Positions 11,567-24,769 of a stretch of DNA of 64,000 nucleotides are shown here, in pieces. Under the pieces are notes generated by a model. The model was given only the letters and a program-made list of their open reading frames with translations. It searched no databases and was not told the origin of the DNA. Position numbers and translations under genes: made by a program. Every line of letters starts with the position of its first letter. Position 1 is the stretch's first letter. Source of the stretch: Octopus vulgaris (Eukaryota); contig OX597814.1 in the NCBI GenBank assembly GCA_951406725.2, forward strand, positions 214,086,001-214,150,000. The letters are read 5' to 3'.

Positions 11567-11812
11567 ATGAGATTTTGTTTTTAACTGCAGGACCAAGCTA
11601 TGTGTGTTTCGTTGTTTATATCTTTAAAAATAATAATAATAATAATAATAAATTTTCCAGTCATTCAAGTCCCTTTCTTTCATAAACAATCTAATATCTT
11701 CAAGCCTTTCCTTTCAACCATATGCATGCAACACTAATTGTTCTTGTTTATTAATTACCTACCAATTTGAATTGAAACTGTTTGTGGGGAAGGGAAGAAT
11801 TGAACACATTTA

Positions 11813-11859
<47 letters not shown>

Positions 11860-12149
11860 TATATATATTCCTTGCACTTAGGTGTAGTCATTTTGCCAAT
11901 AAATTATATATATGTATATGTATAATGAATGTATCAAGATGTTTCGTTTCCTGTAACCGTCTTTTCACTTTTAAAAATCTTTTGATGTACTTAGAACTGT
12001 TTCTTTATTTCGTTACAACTTTTTCTTCGATGTCTTGTATTTCGGGGGAACAAAAGAAAAGTTAGCTGTTTAAATTCTTTTGGGTTACATCTTTTTTTCA
12101 TTTGCTTTCCTCTTTTCTATTTTATCCTATGTTGTTTTATTTTGTGGTA

Positions 12150-12320
12150 GTTGTTTTTGTACAGCTCATCTCAGCTCTGAGTGAATCCTATGATCAAAGG
12201 CATTCCAACCTTAACAATCCCGTCTTATTTATCAGGCACAGTGTATCTAGGGCTACATTATCCAATGTGTTTATTACTTTCAGATGATGTGTCATTTGAA
12301 GGAGACAACAGCCGCCTTGG
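12150..12320 (-). mobile_element. Old dispersed repeat family E
   Basis: Reverse complement shares GGATAATGT..CCTAG..ACAC and GGAA...CTTTGATCAT with the 162-bp unit. Confidence 0.6.
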
Positions 12321-12839
12321 CTCGTCTTATCCTTTCTTTGTGTGTGTGTGTTGTAGGATGAGTTTTAACAATGACCTACCATAAATAATGTTTTCTCATG
12401 TTTGCATTAGTTTACACATTTGCAGAAGTAGATATAAAGCAACTTCGTTGCACGGTTGCCCCTTGTTTCATCAACCTCCAGAAATTTGTCAGACAAAAGT
12501 CGGTCCCTCTCCTTGTAGGATTTGAACCTAGAACGTAGCAGGACGGAACAAGTTGCTGCAAAATTTCTGGGCATTGTACATTCGTGGATTTTATGCGTCA
12601 CAAACGATATCGAGTTTTTGGTGTCTAATATTTGTTTAGGCCCTTATTCTATATATATATATACTAAATGTATAAATAGGCCTTGGTTTCAAAATGTCAC
12701 TTTGTCGTAATATTGCTTCAGGTCGAATGCCTATTATATAGCGGAGGTGTAACTAATTGAATTACTGCTTCTTAATTCATCAGCCCTGACAAGGTTTACC
12801 CACAGCATCTAATTCGATATTGTATTATGTACACTGAGC

Positions 12840-13010
12840 AGTATTTGTTCCGGTTCTTTGCATTCTAAGTTCAACTCTTGCCGAGGTCAACTTAGCCTTT
12901 CATCCCTCTCGGGTCGATAAAGTACCAGTCACGTACTTAAGGATCGATAGTATCGACTAACCCCCTTCCCTTAAGCTTTCTGGTCCTGTGCCTAAATTAG
13001 AAGCCATTAT
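12840..13010 (+). mobile_element. Old SINE family B relative
   Basis: GAGGTCAACTTAGCCTTTCATCCCTCTCGGGTCGATAAAGTACCAG central domain. Confidence 0.7.
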
Positions 13011-14459
13011 TAATTATGTGCTCTGCTCTGACTTTAACAAATTTCAAGACCTTTAAAATGCGTTATATTTAACAAAATATAGGGGGTTTCTTTTGGATCC
13101 TGCCGTATTTTAGAATCTTGAGGTAGTTCGGGCACACCAATTATTTTTATATCATTATTGAATTACCATTTTTAATGTCTGGGTTCTGTTGGGTTTGGCA
13201 TTGACTGTTCGTGTTGTTACGTAAACTATTTAAAGATTAAACTAGTTCATTCGTAACTTTTAAAAACAACTCGGTGATATGGCAGTTTTTTGATAATCTG
13301 CGAATGTGTGGATTATTTATAGTTTTACGTTTTACACACACACGTGTGTACAATCAATTAAATAGCATGGAGAACATTTTAACATACATATATCGTGTGT
13401 GTTTGTAATGTTTCATATGCACCTCACAAAGGTTTAGGAAGTAATTAAGCTATGGGCTGACGTCAGACTCGGTGCCCGAAAGAATCCAATTATACTGAAT
13501 TCACTTCGTAAGATTTCAGCTGCAGGATTTGATTGTATTTTCTTACAATTTATGATATCGCTTTTATTTACTCCCCTCTCTCAGAACGTCAGATTCTTTC
13601 TAAGAAAGCACCTTAAGAACATTAGTTTTTTCTTCTTAAACAAGATAACATATCTTCGAATTAAAGGTTTCTGATTACACTTCGATATAAGCATTTGCTT
13701 TTTTTTTCTATTTCCTTAAACCATATTCAAATTCATTTTTAAATTTTTTAACCCAGTTAAGCTACTCTATTTGCCACCGAATTTATGCATTTATGTATGC
13801 TCTGCTGTTTATTAACTCACTTTGAAGCCTGACTTCTTTTTCAAAAGTCGGTTGACTGCTGAAAAGAAAGACTGTCCCTTCAAATTGCTCCTCAATATAG
13901 TTAAACTTTACCCAGTTAACCACTTATTGCGTAGACTCTCTCGCCATTCATACAAGTATTTGTTTCTTCCTTACATCCTTTTTTCATTGTTTGCATAGGG
14001 TTTTTTTTAAAGCAGCTCCCTTCTCTATCCCGCCTGATTTCCTAAAACTTGTTATACGAGCTTTTTCAATGTAAATAAAAACTTTTTTTTCTACTAGGAG
14101 AAAGGGGAAAAGAGTGTCAGAAATGAAATATATATATATATATACTTAAATATATGAATGGAAAAAAAAAATTTTCAAAATCCTCAGATATATTATTTTG
14201 AAATTGAGGGTGTGTGGTGTTATTGTTAAGATATATTACGGTTATTTGTAATAAAAGGATCAGTCAATCGCCCAGCTGCGCTGTGTATTTTGGTCGCTTG
14301 TTAGGAGGAGGACGGCGGCGAGGAGAAGAGGAAAAAAACACATCCCCAGACATTGGAATGTCGCAGAGCTAAGAATAATCTGATGGCTTCCTTGTTTGAC
14401 TCCACTTTTCGCGCAACCAACTCTCAACATACTATTTCTGTTTCTTTTCGGCTATCTTT

Positions 14460-14518
<59 letters not shown>

Positions 14519-14812
14519 TACTCTTTTACTTGTTTCAGTCATTTGACTGCGGCCATGCTGGAGCACCGCCTTTAGTCGAGCAAATCGACCCCGGGACTTA
14601 TTCCTTGTAAGCCCAGTACTTAGTCTATCGGTCTCTTTTTGCCGAACCGCTAAGTGACGGGGACGTAAACACACCAGCATCGGTTGTCAAGCAATGCTAG
14701 GGGGACAAACACAGACACACAAACATACACACATACATATATATACATATATACGACAGGCTTCTTTCAGTTTCCGTCTACCGAATCCACTCACAAGGCT
14801 TTGGTCGGCCCG
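14519..14812 (-). mobile_element. SINE family A, 5' truncated
   Basis: Tail and body match family A. Confidence 0.9.
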
Positions 14813-14961
14813 GTTAATTTAATTTAATTTTTTTGGCTCAAAAAGCAAAAGCAAGGCCATGTAGGGGGACATGGAGTTATGTACAGGGAGGGTGTTCATA
14901 CACAGAGTTCAGGCCATTTCTGGCCAAGAGAGACTTTGAACTAAGCGGTCGTCGGCATCTT
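14813..14961 (-). mobile_element. CR1-like LINE 3' tip (same family as 48955-49265)
   Basis: Shares TTTTGGCTCAAAAAGCAAAAGCAAGGCCATGTAGGGG..CATGGAGTTATGTACAGGG with the longer copy. Confidence 0.75.
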
Positions 14962-16211
14962 ATGTGTGTATGTATATATATACATGACGTTTATACATAC
15001 ACACGCATTTAGGATGCATTTATAAGGACTTCACTGGTACTTTAATTTATCGGCTTCCAGAAGGAAGTAAGGCTAAATTGGCTTTTGCAGTATTTGACCT
15101 TAAAATGCAAAGGGTTCGGGCATTTTCTCCGACGCCCTAATGATTCAACCAGTGCACTAACGTGACAAGAAGGAATCTTCATTGTGGAGAAGGTGTTTGC
15201 GTGCTTGTGCTAGAAAATTATTACTCAACATCTCAGCATCTTGTGTAAATATTGAACTGCTAACACCTTTTAGTTCATGAGACGGTGACGGTCTTTAATA
15301 ATATTTACTATCCAAATCTATGGCTTATCCTGAATGAAATGTTAGCTAAAATTGTTAGAGGCAGATTTTATCACTTGATCCTTGTGCCATCAAACAGTTG
15401 ATTCCTTTTATGTTCTTTGACTAGGAAGGTTTTTTTTTTTTTTTCGGTTTATGCCATTCATTTTTAGGAATATTCTTGAGAGTCAATATAATAAATACAG
15501 AAAGGATTTAGCAACATTTTGAATTGATCCCTTTTTTTTTTTTTCCTTTAACTCCCTAGAATTCCTCACATTCTTTTGATATTCCAAAGTACACTGACCT
15601 AAATATTTGCAAAATCAACATGAAAAATTAATCAATAAACATTCATTGTCTGCGTTTGATCTCTTAATTTTTCCATTACTCCAAGAGAAAATATGCTGAA
15701 TTTAACGAATTCAAATATTGCAACTCTATTGAAAAATAACGACATTATACAGATATTTTTCACCAACTTTTGTCCTGTGGCATAATTTCTGCTTGAGTAG
15801 TTTATAAATATGTGAGGTATTCTACAGGTTTAAAGTACATCTTCACTTGATTTCATCCAGTGGAAATTTCAAAGATATAAATCAATTAAGCAGGTAGTTA
15901 AAGACAAAACTGTTGCAGAAAAGTAATATTATTTCATCTTCTTTAATGGCACTTCATCTTAAGCACTGCTTATAAACTAGTTCAGAAAGCTGTTATCAGC
16001 CTGACCGAATGAAATGCCTGATACGGTTGCAAAGTCATTCATGATAAACCAACTCTTTCCATTTGTGAGATGCACAGCACTTAACCCACTTCTAAGTATC
16101 ATGAATTGGATGGGTTGACCTGAAAGAATAGGTGTACATTTTTTTCATTTAAGTAGCCAAAACACCAGTTAATGCAAACGAACAGGCTGTATATTTTAAA
16201 AGAGTTTGGAA

Positions 16212-16356
16212 GTGGTAAGTAGCTTGCTAACCAACCACATGGTTCCGGGTTCAGTCCCACTGCGTGGCATCTTGGGCAAGTGTCTTCTGCTATAGCCCCG
16301 GGCCGACCAATGCCTTGTGAGTGGATTTGGTAGACGGAAACCGAAAGAAGCCCGTC

Positions 16357-16409
<53 letters not shown>

Positions 16410-16624
16410 TGTTTGTGTGAGTGTGTTTGTCCCCCTAGCATTGCTTGACAACCGATGCTGGTGTGTTTATGTCCCCGTAACTTAGCGGTTCGGCAAAAGA
16501 GACCGATAGAATAAGTACTGGGCTTACAAAAGAATAAGTCCTGGAGTCGATTTGCTCGACTAAAGGCGGTGCTCCAGCATGGCCGCAGTCAAATGACTGA
16601 AACAAGTAAAAGAGTAAAGAGTAA
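16212..16624 (+). mobile_element. SINE family A
   Basis: Near full length with a long internal (TA)n. Confidence 0.9.
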
Positions 16625-16903
16625 ATAGTTCATTCTATTTTCTCAGTAATATATGTTTGTTAAAGAGAAGTGAAATAGCTCCTACAGAAAATAAAACTGC
16701 ATTGCAGAATCAGCTCTAATTAGCAGCCAGCTGCCTGATTCTTGTGCAGTATAACTGACCTGCAGAAGTTCAAGTTAGTAGAAGAATGGTTGGTATTGCA
16801 TAATTGCCAGATTTCATAGAACCTGGCCATTTTTCTGCTTCACCAAACTGGTAGGATTTTTAGCCATCAAGTTTTTCTTGTGGATAGAAATATTCCATTC
16901 ACT

Positions 16904-17448
16904 TTAACCCTTTTGATACCAACCTACCTGAAACCGCCTCTGACTTTGTAGTACAAATGTCTTGTTTTCAAAAGTTCTGAATTAAAATCTTCCACCAAAC
17001 CTTAGTCACAATTTATGTTCCTAACACTAGCTTAATGATAACTAAGTTATTTTACTAAATTATTTGTTATATTTAAAATTTATTGAAAGAAACACAGAGC
17101 ATCTCAAAATAAATACGGTAACCCCAGTAGTTGACTACTATTATTTTATTGACTCTGGAAAGATGAGAAAAGTCAACCTCATAAGAATGTAGCATATTTG
17201 GGCTGGATATGGCTAGTTTAACCCTTTTGATACCAACCCGACTGAAACCGGCTCAGGCTTTGTAGTACAAATGTCTTGTTTTCATAAGTTTTGAATTAAA
17301 ATCTTCCACCAAACCTTAATCACAATTTATGTTCCTAACACTAGCTTAATGATAACTAAGTTATTTTACTAAATCTCTTTGTTGTATTTAGAATTAAATG
17401 AAAGACACACAGAGCATCTCAACAGAAATATGGAAACAAAAGGGTTAA
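16904..17448 (+). mobile_element. Two piggyBac-like MITEs (MITE1): 16904-17122 partial, 17218-17448 complete
   Basis: TTAA|CCCTT...AAGGG|TTAA ends and a shared body. Confidence 0.85.
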
Positions 17449-17857
17449 CATAAACCCCTGTCTTTCAGATGCAGAAAGATATGTTTGAAAGAAAAGAAGC
17501 AACAAAAACCTGATAGAATAGGACTGACTTAGGGCTAAACAACAGCATCCGTGAACTAACAAGATTGATTGATTTGCTAGAAATAAGTCAAACTTTTGAA
17601 GCTGATATTTGAAATCTGACAGAAAAATAAACTTAAAATTATTCAATCCTTCTGGAAATCAAGCTGGCATCAGCTGTTTGTTAAATGTTTTAAGATGAGG
17701 GGAAAGTTTGTAGTAGAACTTCAAGCTTATAATTAATGCTCCAGGAATCAAGTCATTTTATCAACCTTGCTAATACATTTATGTGTATGTGTGTGTAGCA
17801 TATATGCATATATATTTTCATTATATATATATATTATTATTATTATTATTATTATCA

Positions 17858-18310
17858 TTCGGTAGTTTTATTTTTATAGCGTGCTTTTACTTCACTACCG
17901 AGCGCAGCTCTGTGTGCCTTGGGTATGTGCATGCCTGATTGCTTCCTCTCACTCTCTTAACAGTTTACAGTTCTCACTACCATGTAAGCCTTGCAGTGCC
18001 CAGTAGTGCAATTTTCTGTATGTTATATGTGTTTGTAAGTCCTGGTGTTTTAGTTATGTATTTGTCTGAATATTTTTTTATCATGCCTAATGCACCTACT
18101 ATGATAAGAATTGTTTCTGTTTTTAGAGTCCACATTCGAGTTACCTCTATTTCCAGGTCTTTGTATTTTGAAAGTTTCTCCATTTCTTTTAGAGACACGT
18201 TGTCATCTGCCGGTATTGATACATCAATTAGAAAGTATTTTTTTTCTTCATTATCTCTGACAACTATATCTGGTCTGTTGGCCTTAATTTCTCTATCTAT
18301 GAATATGTTC
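17858..18310 (-). mobile_element. R4/Dong-like (RLE endonuclease) non-LTR retrotransposon 3' fragment
   Basis: DREIKANRPDIVVRD..FLIDVSIPADDNVSLKEMEKLSKYKDLEIE..IIVGALG is a PD-(D/E)xK RLE domain. The 3' end abuts a (TAA)n tract. Confidence 0.85.
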
Positions 18311-18521
18311 AGACTAGTGTTTGCGTTGTGGTTATATCCACTATGCTTCATTCATTGTGTCTTCTGGTGTCCTTCAGTAATATTCTCAGAATTTAGAACC
18401 AAATTCTAGTAAATTCATGTGGTAGATTGTTCTCATTCTCTTGTCCACCCCAGAAGTGTTCTTGATCCTTATTAGTTATTCTTCTACTTATGATACTGCT
18501 AAACTACTAATTCATTGCTCT

Positions 18522-18935
18522 TCAATTCAGGTATATATAGCTCTTGATTGCACCACAGGGACTGAACATATGCAGTAATGTACAAATGTCTGGGAAGTGA
18601 ACAGTGTATGAGTCAGATACATGCTTGTGTGTGTATGGAGGGGCGAAAATCAGGTGTAGTGTTGGCGAATCTCGGGAAGCATGGAAGTTTTGAAGGATGC
18701 AGTGCTCTGACAACTAACAACTGATACCGGCAGTTTGTTCCATGCTTCAGCAACTCATAGCATGAAAAAATGTTTCTGAAAGTCATGGATGCTGTACTGT
18801 TTTCTGACTTTGTAAACATGTCCACGGGTGTTAGACAGGTGGTGTTTGAAAAGGTGCTCAGAGTTATTGTTTGTAAGATGGTTAATAATTTTATGGGTGT
18901 CTGCCAAGTCAGCTGCCAGACGTCGGGATTTCAAT
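18522..18935 (-). mobile_element. CR1-like LINE 3' fragment
   Basis: Minus strand reads NTRGHVYKVRKQ..KHFF..VAEAWNKLPVSVV, the CR1 ORF2 C-terminal signature. Confidence 0.8.
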
Positions 18936-19269
18936 AATGTTCATGTTGTGTGTATATATGTATGTTTATCTTGCCAAGACCAAATTTGTCATCCTTTTCA
19001 AATTTGATAGATAAAATACCATTCCACAACTGTAGATTGGTTGAATGTTAAAGCATACCTAGTGACACTTTGTGGTATCTGTTTTGCTTCTGTATTCTGA
19101 CTTTAAATCTCACCTCCTGTATGTAACCAGCTAAACTAGGCATAGGAGGTTTTTAAACAAGCACCCAATTATTTCAGCTGATCACTTTCAATGCTAGCTC
19201 ACTAGCTGGCAGAGAAGAGTGCATGATGATGCTTACATAATCTTGTTCACTCAATAAAGATATGTATCA

Positions 19270-19530
19270 TCATTTCATCATTTAATGTCCGTTTTCCATG
19301 CTAGCATGGATTGGATGGTTCGACCGGAGTCTGGTAAGCCACGGAGGCTGCACCAGGCTATAGTCTGATTTGGCAGTGTTTCTACAGCTGGATGCCCTTC
19401 CTAACACCAACCACTCCATGAATGTAGTGGGTGTTTTTTTACAGGGGCCTAAGCAGGCTGGCAAACGGCGACGATCAGTTGGTGCATTTTACGTGCCACC
19501 TGCACAGAAGCCAGTCGAGGCGCCACTATG
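19270..19530 (-). mobile_element. Family D copy
   Basis: GGAAGGGCATCC core and RTE-type tail. Confidence 0.8.
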
Positions 19531-21022
19531 TGAGTGGGTTTAGCAGTTGGAAATTCAAGTCCATTGTGTGTGTGTTTGTATGAACCCTTGACATGATGCG
19601 ATGGTTGTAAATGTGCATCATCATACAAGCGATGTTCACTTCCAGTCTTCAGTAAAAAAAACATGACTAGCCAAGTGAAGGTTGATGACAGGAAAGGCAT
19701 CTGGCCATAAAGATTCTGCCTCAGCAAATTTTGTTTAAGCTATGCAAGCACAGAAAAGTGAATGTTAAATAATAATGATGATGATGGTGTGTGTGTGTTT
19801 TGCTTGGCTTTGTTCAGTTTATTCCTTGCATAACATTTGCAACCAAATTGTGTAGATTTCTCTCTCACTGTTGTGTGCATGTATATTATAGTCTCATATA
19901 ATTTTGTTTCCTGGTGTTTTGGGAACTTTTTCTTCGTGTGTCCTCATTGCCCAATGCATACATTTAATTTCTGGAGCTCTGTTCACTACTTTCATAGAAG
20001 CTAAAGCAATGACATCTTTCAAATATCCTAGACACTAGATTTTTTTCTGAAAACGTTTTTAGATATTCGGAGGCCTCTAAACTCTTTATTCAAAAATAAA
20101 GGTGGATTGTAAATTTTTATTGTTTATTTCATAGCATTTGTGATTTCTGTCTGTCTGTCACTGTCTCTCGCTCTTGATGTTTTTTTTTTTTTCTCTTTTT
20201 ATTATTTTTTTTTTTAATAGCTACAAACTTCCTTTGCTTTTTAAGAGCTCCTTTCCCTCAGCAGGAAATGACTGCTTCTAACAGCCACTATTATTGAAAT
20301 AAGCCAACTGGCCTACTGGCTTATATCGAACTTTAATTGTGGAGTTGTTTATATGGAAGAATTATGCAGAACTGTATTTTAGACATATTTGTAGCGCATT
20401 ACCAGCCATACAAATTGTGGTTTTTGTTGTGTATGTTTATATAATTGTCTCTTCTTGGTAGTACCATTTTCTCCACTTAATAACTCATTTTACATGCACA
20501 TATACACATGCATTCATAAATAAAAAATTTTTTTATTTTTTATTTTATCTAGTTTCAGCTCACGAGCTGTGGCCATGCTGGGGCACCGCCATTTATGTAG
20601 ACTTGATTTAAAGTGCTTGTCATGTTGTGCCAGTGCTTACCTCGTTACATGTGTATGTGTGTGAATTTTAATTTGTTTGCATTTTCTGAATCCATAATTA
20701 GTGAGATATACGTATGTAAGTGGTACCAGCAGAATCTTGATTATATCTTAGATACTTTCCACTTAAGACTAAAATATCCTTATCTACTTCACCTGCCACT
20801 TTCTTTAAATTGCTGTAATAAATTATGCTTTTTATATGTTTATTTCTTTTACATAAATGTATTTTTTCTCGCTTTAATACCAGCCTGTCATGAACTTTGC
20901 TGCTTGTCTGCCTGGCATAAACTATTGAAGGACAATTACTGGTTTCTTCCAGAAGCAATGAAATAGCTATGGATTATTATAACTGCCAAATATAGAGTAG
21001 GGAACTGAGTGTCTAAAACATA

Positions 21023-21436
21023 CTTTACTCTTTACTCTTTTACTTGTTTCAGTCATTTGACTGCGGCCATGCTGGAGCACCGCCTTTTAGTCGAGCAATT
21101 CGACCCCGGGACTTATTCTTTTTGTAAGCCCAGTACTTATTCTATCGGTCTCTTTTTGCCGAGCCGCTAAGTGACGGGGACATAAACACACCAGCATCGG
21201 TTGTCAAGCAATGCTAGGGGGACAAACACAGACACAAACACACACACATACATATGTATATATACATATATACGACGGGCTTCTTTCAGTTTCCGTCTAC
21301 CAAATCCACTCACAAGGCATTGGTCGGCCCGGGGCTATAGCAGAAGACACTTGCCCAAGATGCCACGCAGTGGGACTGAACCCGGAACCATGTGGTTGGT
21401 TAGCAAGCTACTTACCACACAGCCACTCCTGCGCCT
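21023..21436 (-). mobile_element. SINE family A, full length
   Basis: From head GGCGCAGGAGTGGCTGTGTGG to the GTAAAAGA tail. Confidence 0.9.
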
Positions 21437-21834
21437 TTATTGAATAAGTTAGAAAGATTCTAGGTACAAAATTTGAGATTAAGTATGCCTTGTGTCAAGG
21501 GTATTATATTTTTGAAAGAAATAGGATGGATCTGTGGTTAGTGAGATTTCATTGCTCAACTCATTTCATTCATGATCATCCCATCTTCAATAGAGTATTC
21601 AGGATTTTTTTCCTAAAAACGTTAGCATCTTTACATGTATGATTTGATTAGCCAATTGACTTATTGATTAGCTAATTGACTTACCACAACTGGAAAGTGC
21701 TTCTGAAGTGAGAACTCACTCTGACTTCAAAAGCACTCTCCAGCTTTGACTTGGAAATTTTTGAACAAACTTCCACATCTTTTACAAGATGTTTTCATAG
21801 TAGTTTAGCAGCATCTATAGATCCTGTTGATCAC

Positions 21835-22056
21835 TTAACCCTTTCATTACCAACCCGGCTGAAACCGGCTCTGAGTACAAATGTCTTGTTTTCATAAGTT
21901 TTGAATTAAAATCTTCCACCAAACCTTAGTCACAATCTATGTTCCTAACACTAACTGAATGATAACTAAGTTATTTTACTAAATTCTTTGTTATATTTAA
22001 AGTAATTGAAAGAAACACAGAGAATCTCAAAATAAATACAGTAACAAAAGGGTTAA
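21835..22056 (+). mobile_element. piggyBac-like MITE1, complete
   Basis: TTAA TSD and CCCTT/AAGGG termini. Confidence 0.88.
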
Positions 22057-22400
22057 AGTAGAATAAGTAAACAGTAGTTTAGCATAGATAACATGCCTTT
22101 TGGATTGAAATTAGCCTACAAAAACATAACTGTTGTCCTCTAAGATTCATGGTCAATTTTCAAGATTTATTTTAGTGAAAAAAAATAGTCCTGAATGCTG
22201 GGAAATATGGTAAACGGAATAAGAAAGTTTGAAATGAAATAAACATATGGTGGGGAGATAGTAAGCAGATACTGCTGACTAAGGCTTGATTAATTAAGCA
22301 CAAAATCACAAATATGTTGATAAAGTGGAAAAGCTGATTAAATGAATTGACTTCAGGATATAACTACTAATATCAATGAGGTGTAAGGCAAAGTTAGCTG

Positions 22401-22716
22401 TGTGGAGGCACATGGCCTAGTGGTTAGAGCAGCGGACTCATGGTCGAGGGATCGCCAGTTCGAATCTCAGACCGGACGATGTGTGTGTTTATGAGCGAAA
22501 CACCTAAGCTCCACGTGTGGCTCCGGCAGAAGGTAATGGCGAAACTTCTGCTGACTCTTTTGCCACAACTTTCTCTTACTCTTTTCCTCCTGCATCTTGC
22601 AGCTCACCTGCGACGGACCGGCGTCCCGTCCAGGTTGGGGAACCTATACGCCAAGGAAACCGGGGAAACCGGCCCTTATGAGCCAGGCATGGCTCGAGAA
22701 GGAACAAACAAACAAA
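22401..22716 (+). mobile_element. SINE family C
   Basis: A box TGGCCTAGTGG, B box AGTTCGAATC, GCGACGGACCGGCGTCCCGTCCAGG (V-domain-like, from memory) and (AAAC)n tail. Confidence 0.88.
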
Positions 22717-22968
22717 AGTTAAGTGTAGTAGTATTGGTGGCTGGTAACGATCAAAGCAGCAACCAACCATTGAAAATGCTATTTGTAGAGGAAAGAAAAG
22801 CATCGTCAGCATTACAAAAACGTCTGTTGCAATGCAGATTGAGGTAAAATTGGTCTAAAGGACATACTGTCTGTTCTGTTCTTTGCTTTCAACTATTAAT
22901 GATAACTTCAGATAGGTTTCAAGTAGTAAGTCTAGAACCATCAGTAACCTAACTCTTTTGTTATTATA

Positions 22969-23315
22969 CTAGCACTATAACCCGGCAACGACGGGTCATA
23001 GTGCTAGTGTATGCATATACAGCTGCGTGCGTGTGCACAGACACACGAGTACTGTCCAAATCTCCGACCAATCGCATTCAATTGGCGTATCAAGTTTCGG
23101 GCATTTTGATTGGGTTTTGGATAGGAAATTCACAAAAAAGTCACTTCTATTGATTTTTTAATGGCTTTGCGGGGTGACTGGGGAAATGTAAAGATGTGCA
23201 CGACCACCCTTGGATGGTTTTGAATGACCATAGAAAGTGCGAGCTCTCTAACTGAAAAACTGGATTTGTATAAAGGACACGCACGCAGACATTTTGCCGT
23301 TTATATATGTAGAGA
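22969..23315 (-). mobile_element. Non-autonomous Helitron
   Basis: Minus strand starts TC and ends in a hairpin plus CTAG. Inserted at A|T with no TSD, inside an older TTAA-type MITE. Confidence 0.8.
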
Positions 23316-23323
23316 TTTCTGTT

Positions 23324-23530
23324 GGTAAGAACTAGTTGTACCTGTATTTCAAAGGGGCTAGCCTTATCACACTCTCTCTCTCTCTCGCTGAATCTCCTTA
23401 TGAACTATGTTATGGGTAAGCATGACTGTGGAGTGCTCAACCACTTATACATTAATTTCACGAGTAGGCTGTTCCATTGATTGGATCAACTGGAACCTTC
23501 ATTGTCATAATAACTGACGGAGTGCCGGCT
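23324..23530 (+). mobile_element. Retroposon 3' module (family F)
   Basis: Flanked by a probable TSD TTCTGTTG. Homologous to the tail of the SINE at 1-70. Confidence 0.6.
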
Positions 23531-23805
23531 TCTGTTGAAATTCGCTGCCTTCATTTCAATTAATTTTTAAAATACCAAAGAATTTAGTAAAATCCTCGTC
23601 ATTATTACGCTTGTTTCTTGAGCATAAATCAATATTACATTTTAATAGAAAGTTTTTAGACCACTTTAAAGCAGAAAGTTTATATCTTAGAAGTAGGGGC
23701 AGTTTTGGGTGAGTTGGTATCAAAAGAGTTACCACTGTTTGGTAACTTTCTCATACTATGCTTGGTGGAATATTTTATATTCTTGATGACCAGTGTTTTA
23801 TATCT

Positions 23806-24258
23806 TTAACCCGTTCGTTACCAACCCGGCTGAAACTGGCTCTATTTCTGAGTACAAATGTCTTGTTTTCATAAGTTTGGAACTAAAATCTTCCACCAAA
23901 CCTTAGTCACAATTTATGTTGCTATCACTAGCTTAACCCTTTAGTGTTCAGATTATTCCATCAAACATAATACCTATTGATTCCCATTGATTTGAATTAA
24001 TCATGCATTATCTCATATCTTCAAGATCTTGATGTTGTAATTACTTGATGTAGAATAACATTGTAGGGTAGGTGCGAGAGCCTGGATCTGGTCAGTTTGA
24101 ACATAAAACAGATTAACTATTTTGGCTGGATATGGCCGGTTTAAATAATAAAGGGTTAATGATAACTAAGTTATTTTGCTAAATTCTTTGTTATATATTT
24201 AAAGCAATTGAAAGAAACACAGAACATCTCAAAATAAATACAGTAATGAAAGGGTTAA
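23806..24258 (+). mobile_element. MITE1 carrying a nested MITE2 (23933-24159) at an internal TTAA
   Basis: Both have TTAA-CCC...GGG-TTAA ends. MITE1 resumes exactly after the duplicated TTAA. Confidence 0.88.
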
Positions 24259-24769
24259 AGTTTTTGATTAGAATCACTCAGCTGTGCTCAATATAATATG
24301 AGGTGCGTTAAGCACTTGTGCAACATCAGCAACTTGATAATCTATCATCATTTTACATCCAGTTTTCAGTACATAATGCATCATCATCATCATCATCTGT
24401 TGTCCATACTGTAGTGAAATACATTCATGGAAGTAAACAGCCACATATTTACTTTCTTAGAAAACAAAACCGGATTATTGTAGTGTGTTCCCCTTCCCAG
24501 TTTAAGAAAATATTATCTAGAGGAAGCAACTGATTTTCTCAGCCATACTTCAGTTTCTGTTGTCAGAACTACTTGTAAAATTTGGTTTATTTATCAAAAA
24601 CAGTCTTTTGTATCATGTCTACAATGGCTCATACACTGCTATCAGATTTTTTGCTTTGAATTGACTGATGGTGAGAGTAAATATTGTAACCATTTAAAAT
24701 TTGATCAAAACCTAAGTCAGTGGGGAAGCTTCTAAACGGCTGCTCAATTTGTTAGAAGTCAAATTGCCC

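Noticed and set aside
17698-17735. GGAAAGTTTGTAGTA (GKFVV) as candidate kinase exon 2
   Set aside because: No polypyrimidine acceptor, and a stop within 12 codons. Good-looking acceptors near 28952, 33896 and 62548 also give no kinase sequence.
22401-22480. tRNA-like sequences (also 27120-27199, 48390-48466, 63307-63380)
   Set aside because: A and B boxes are present but there is no complete cloverleaf or acceptor stem, and each continues into a repeat body. They are SINE heads.
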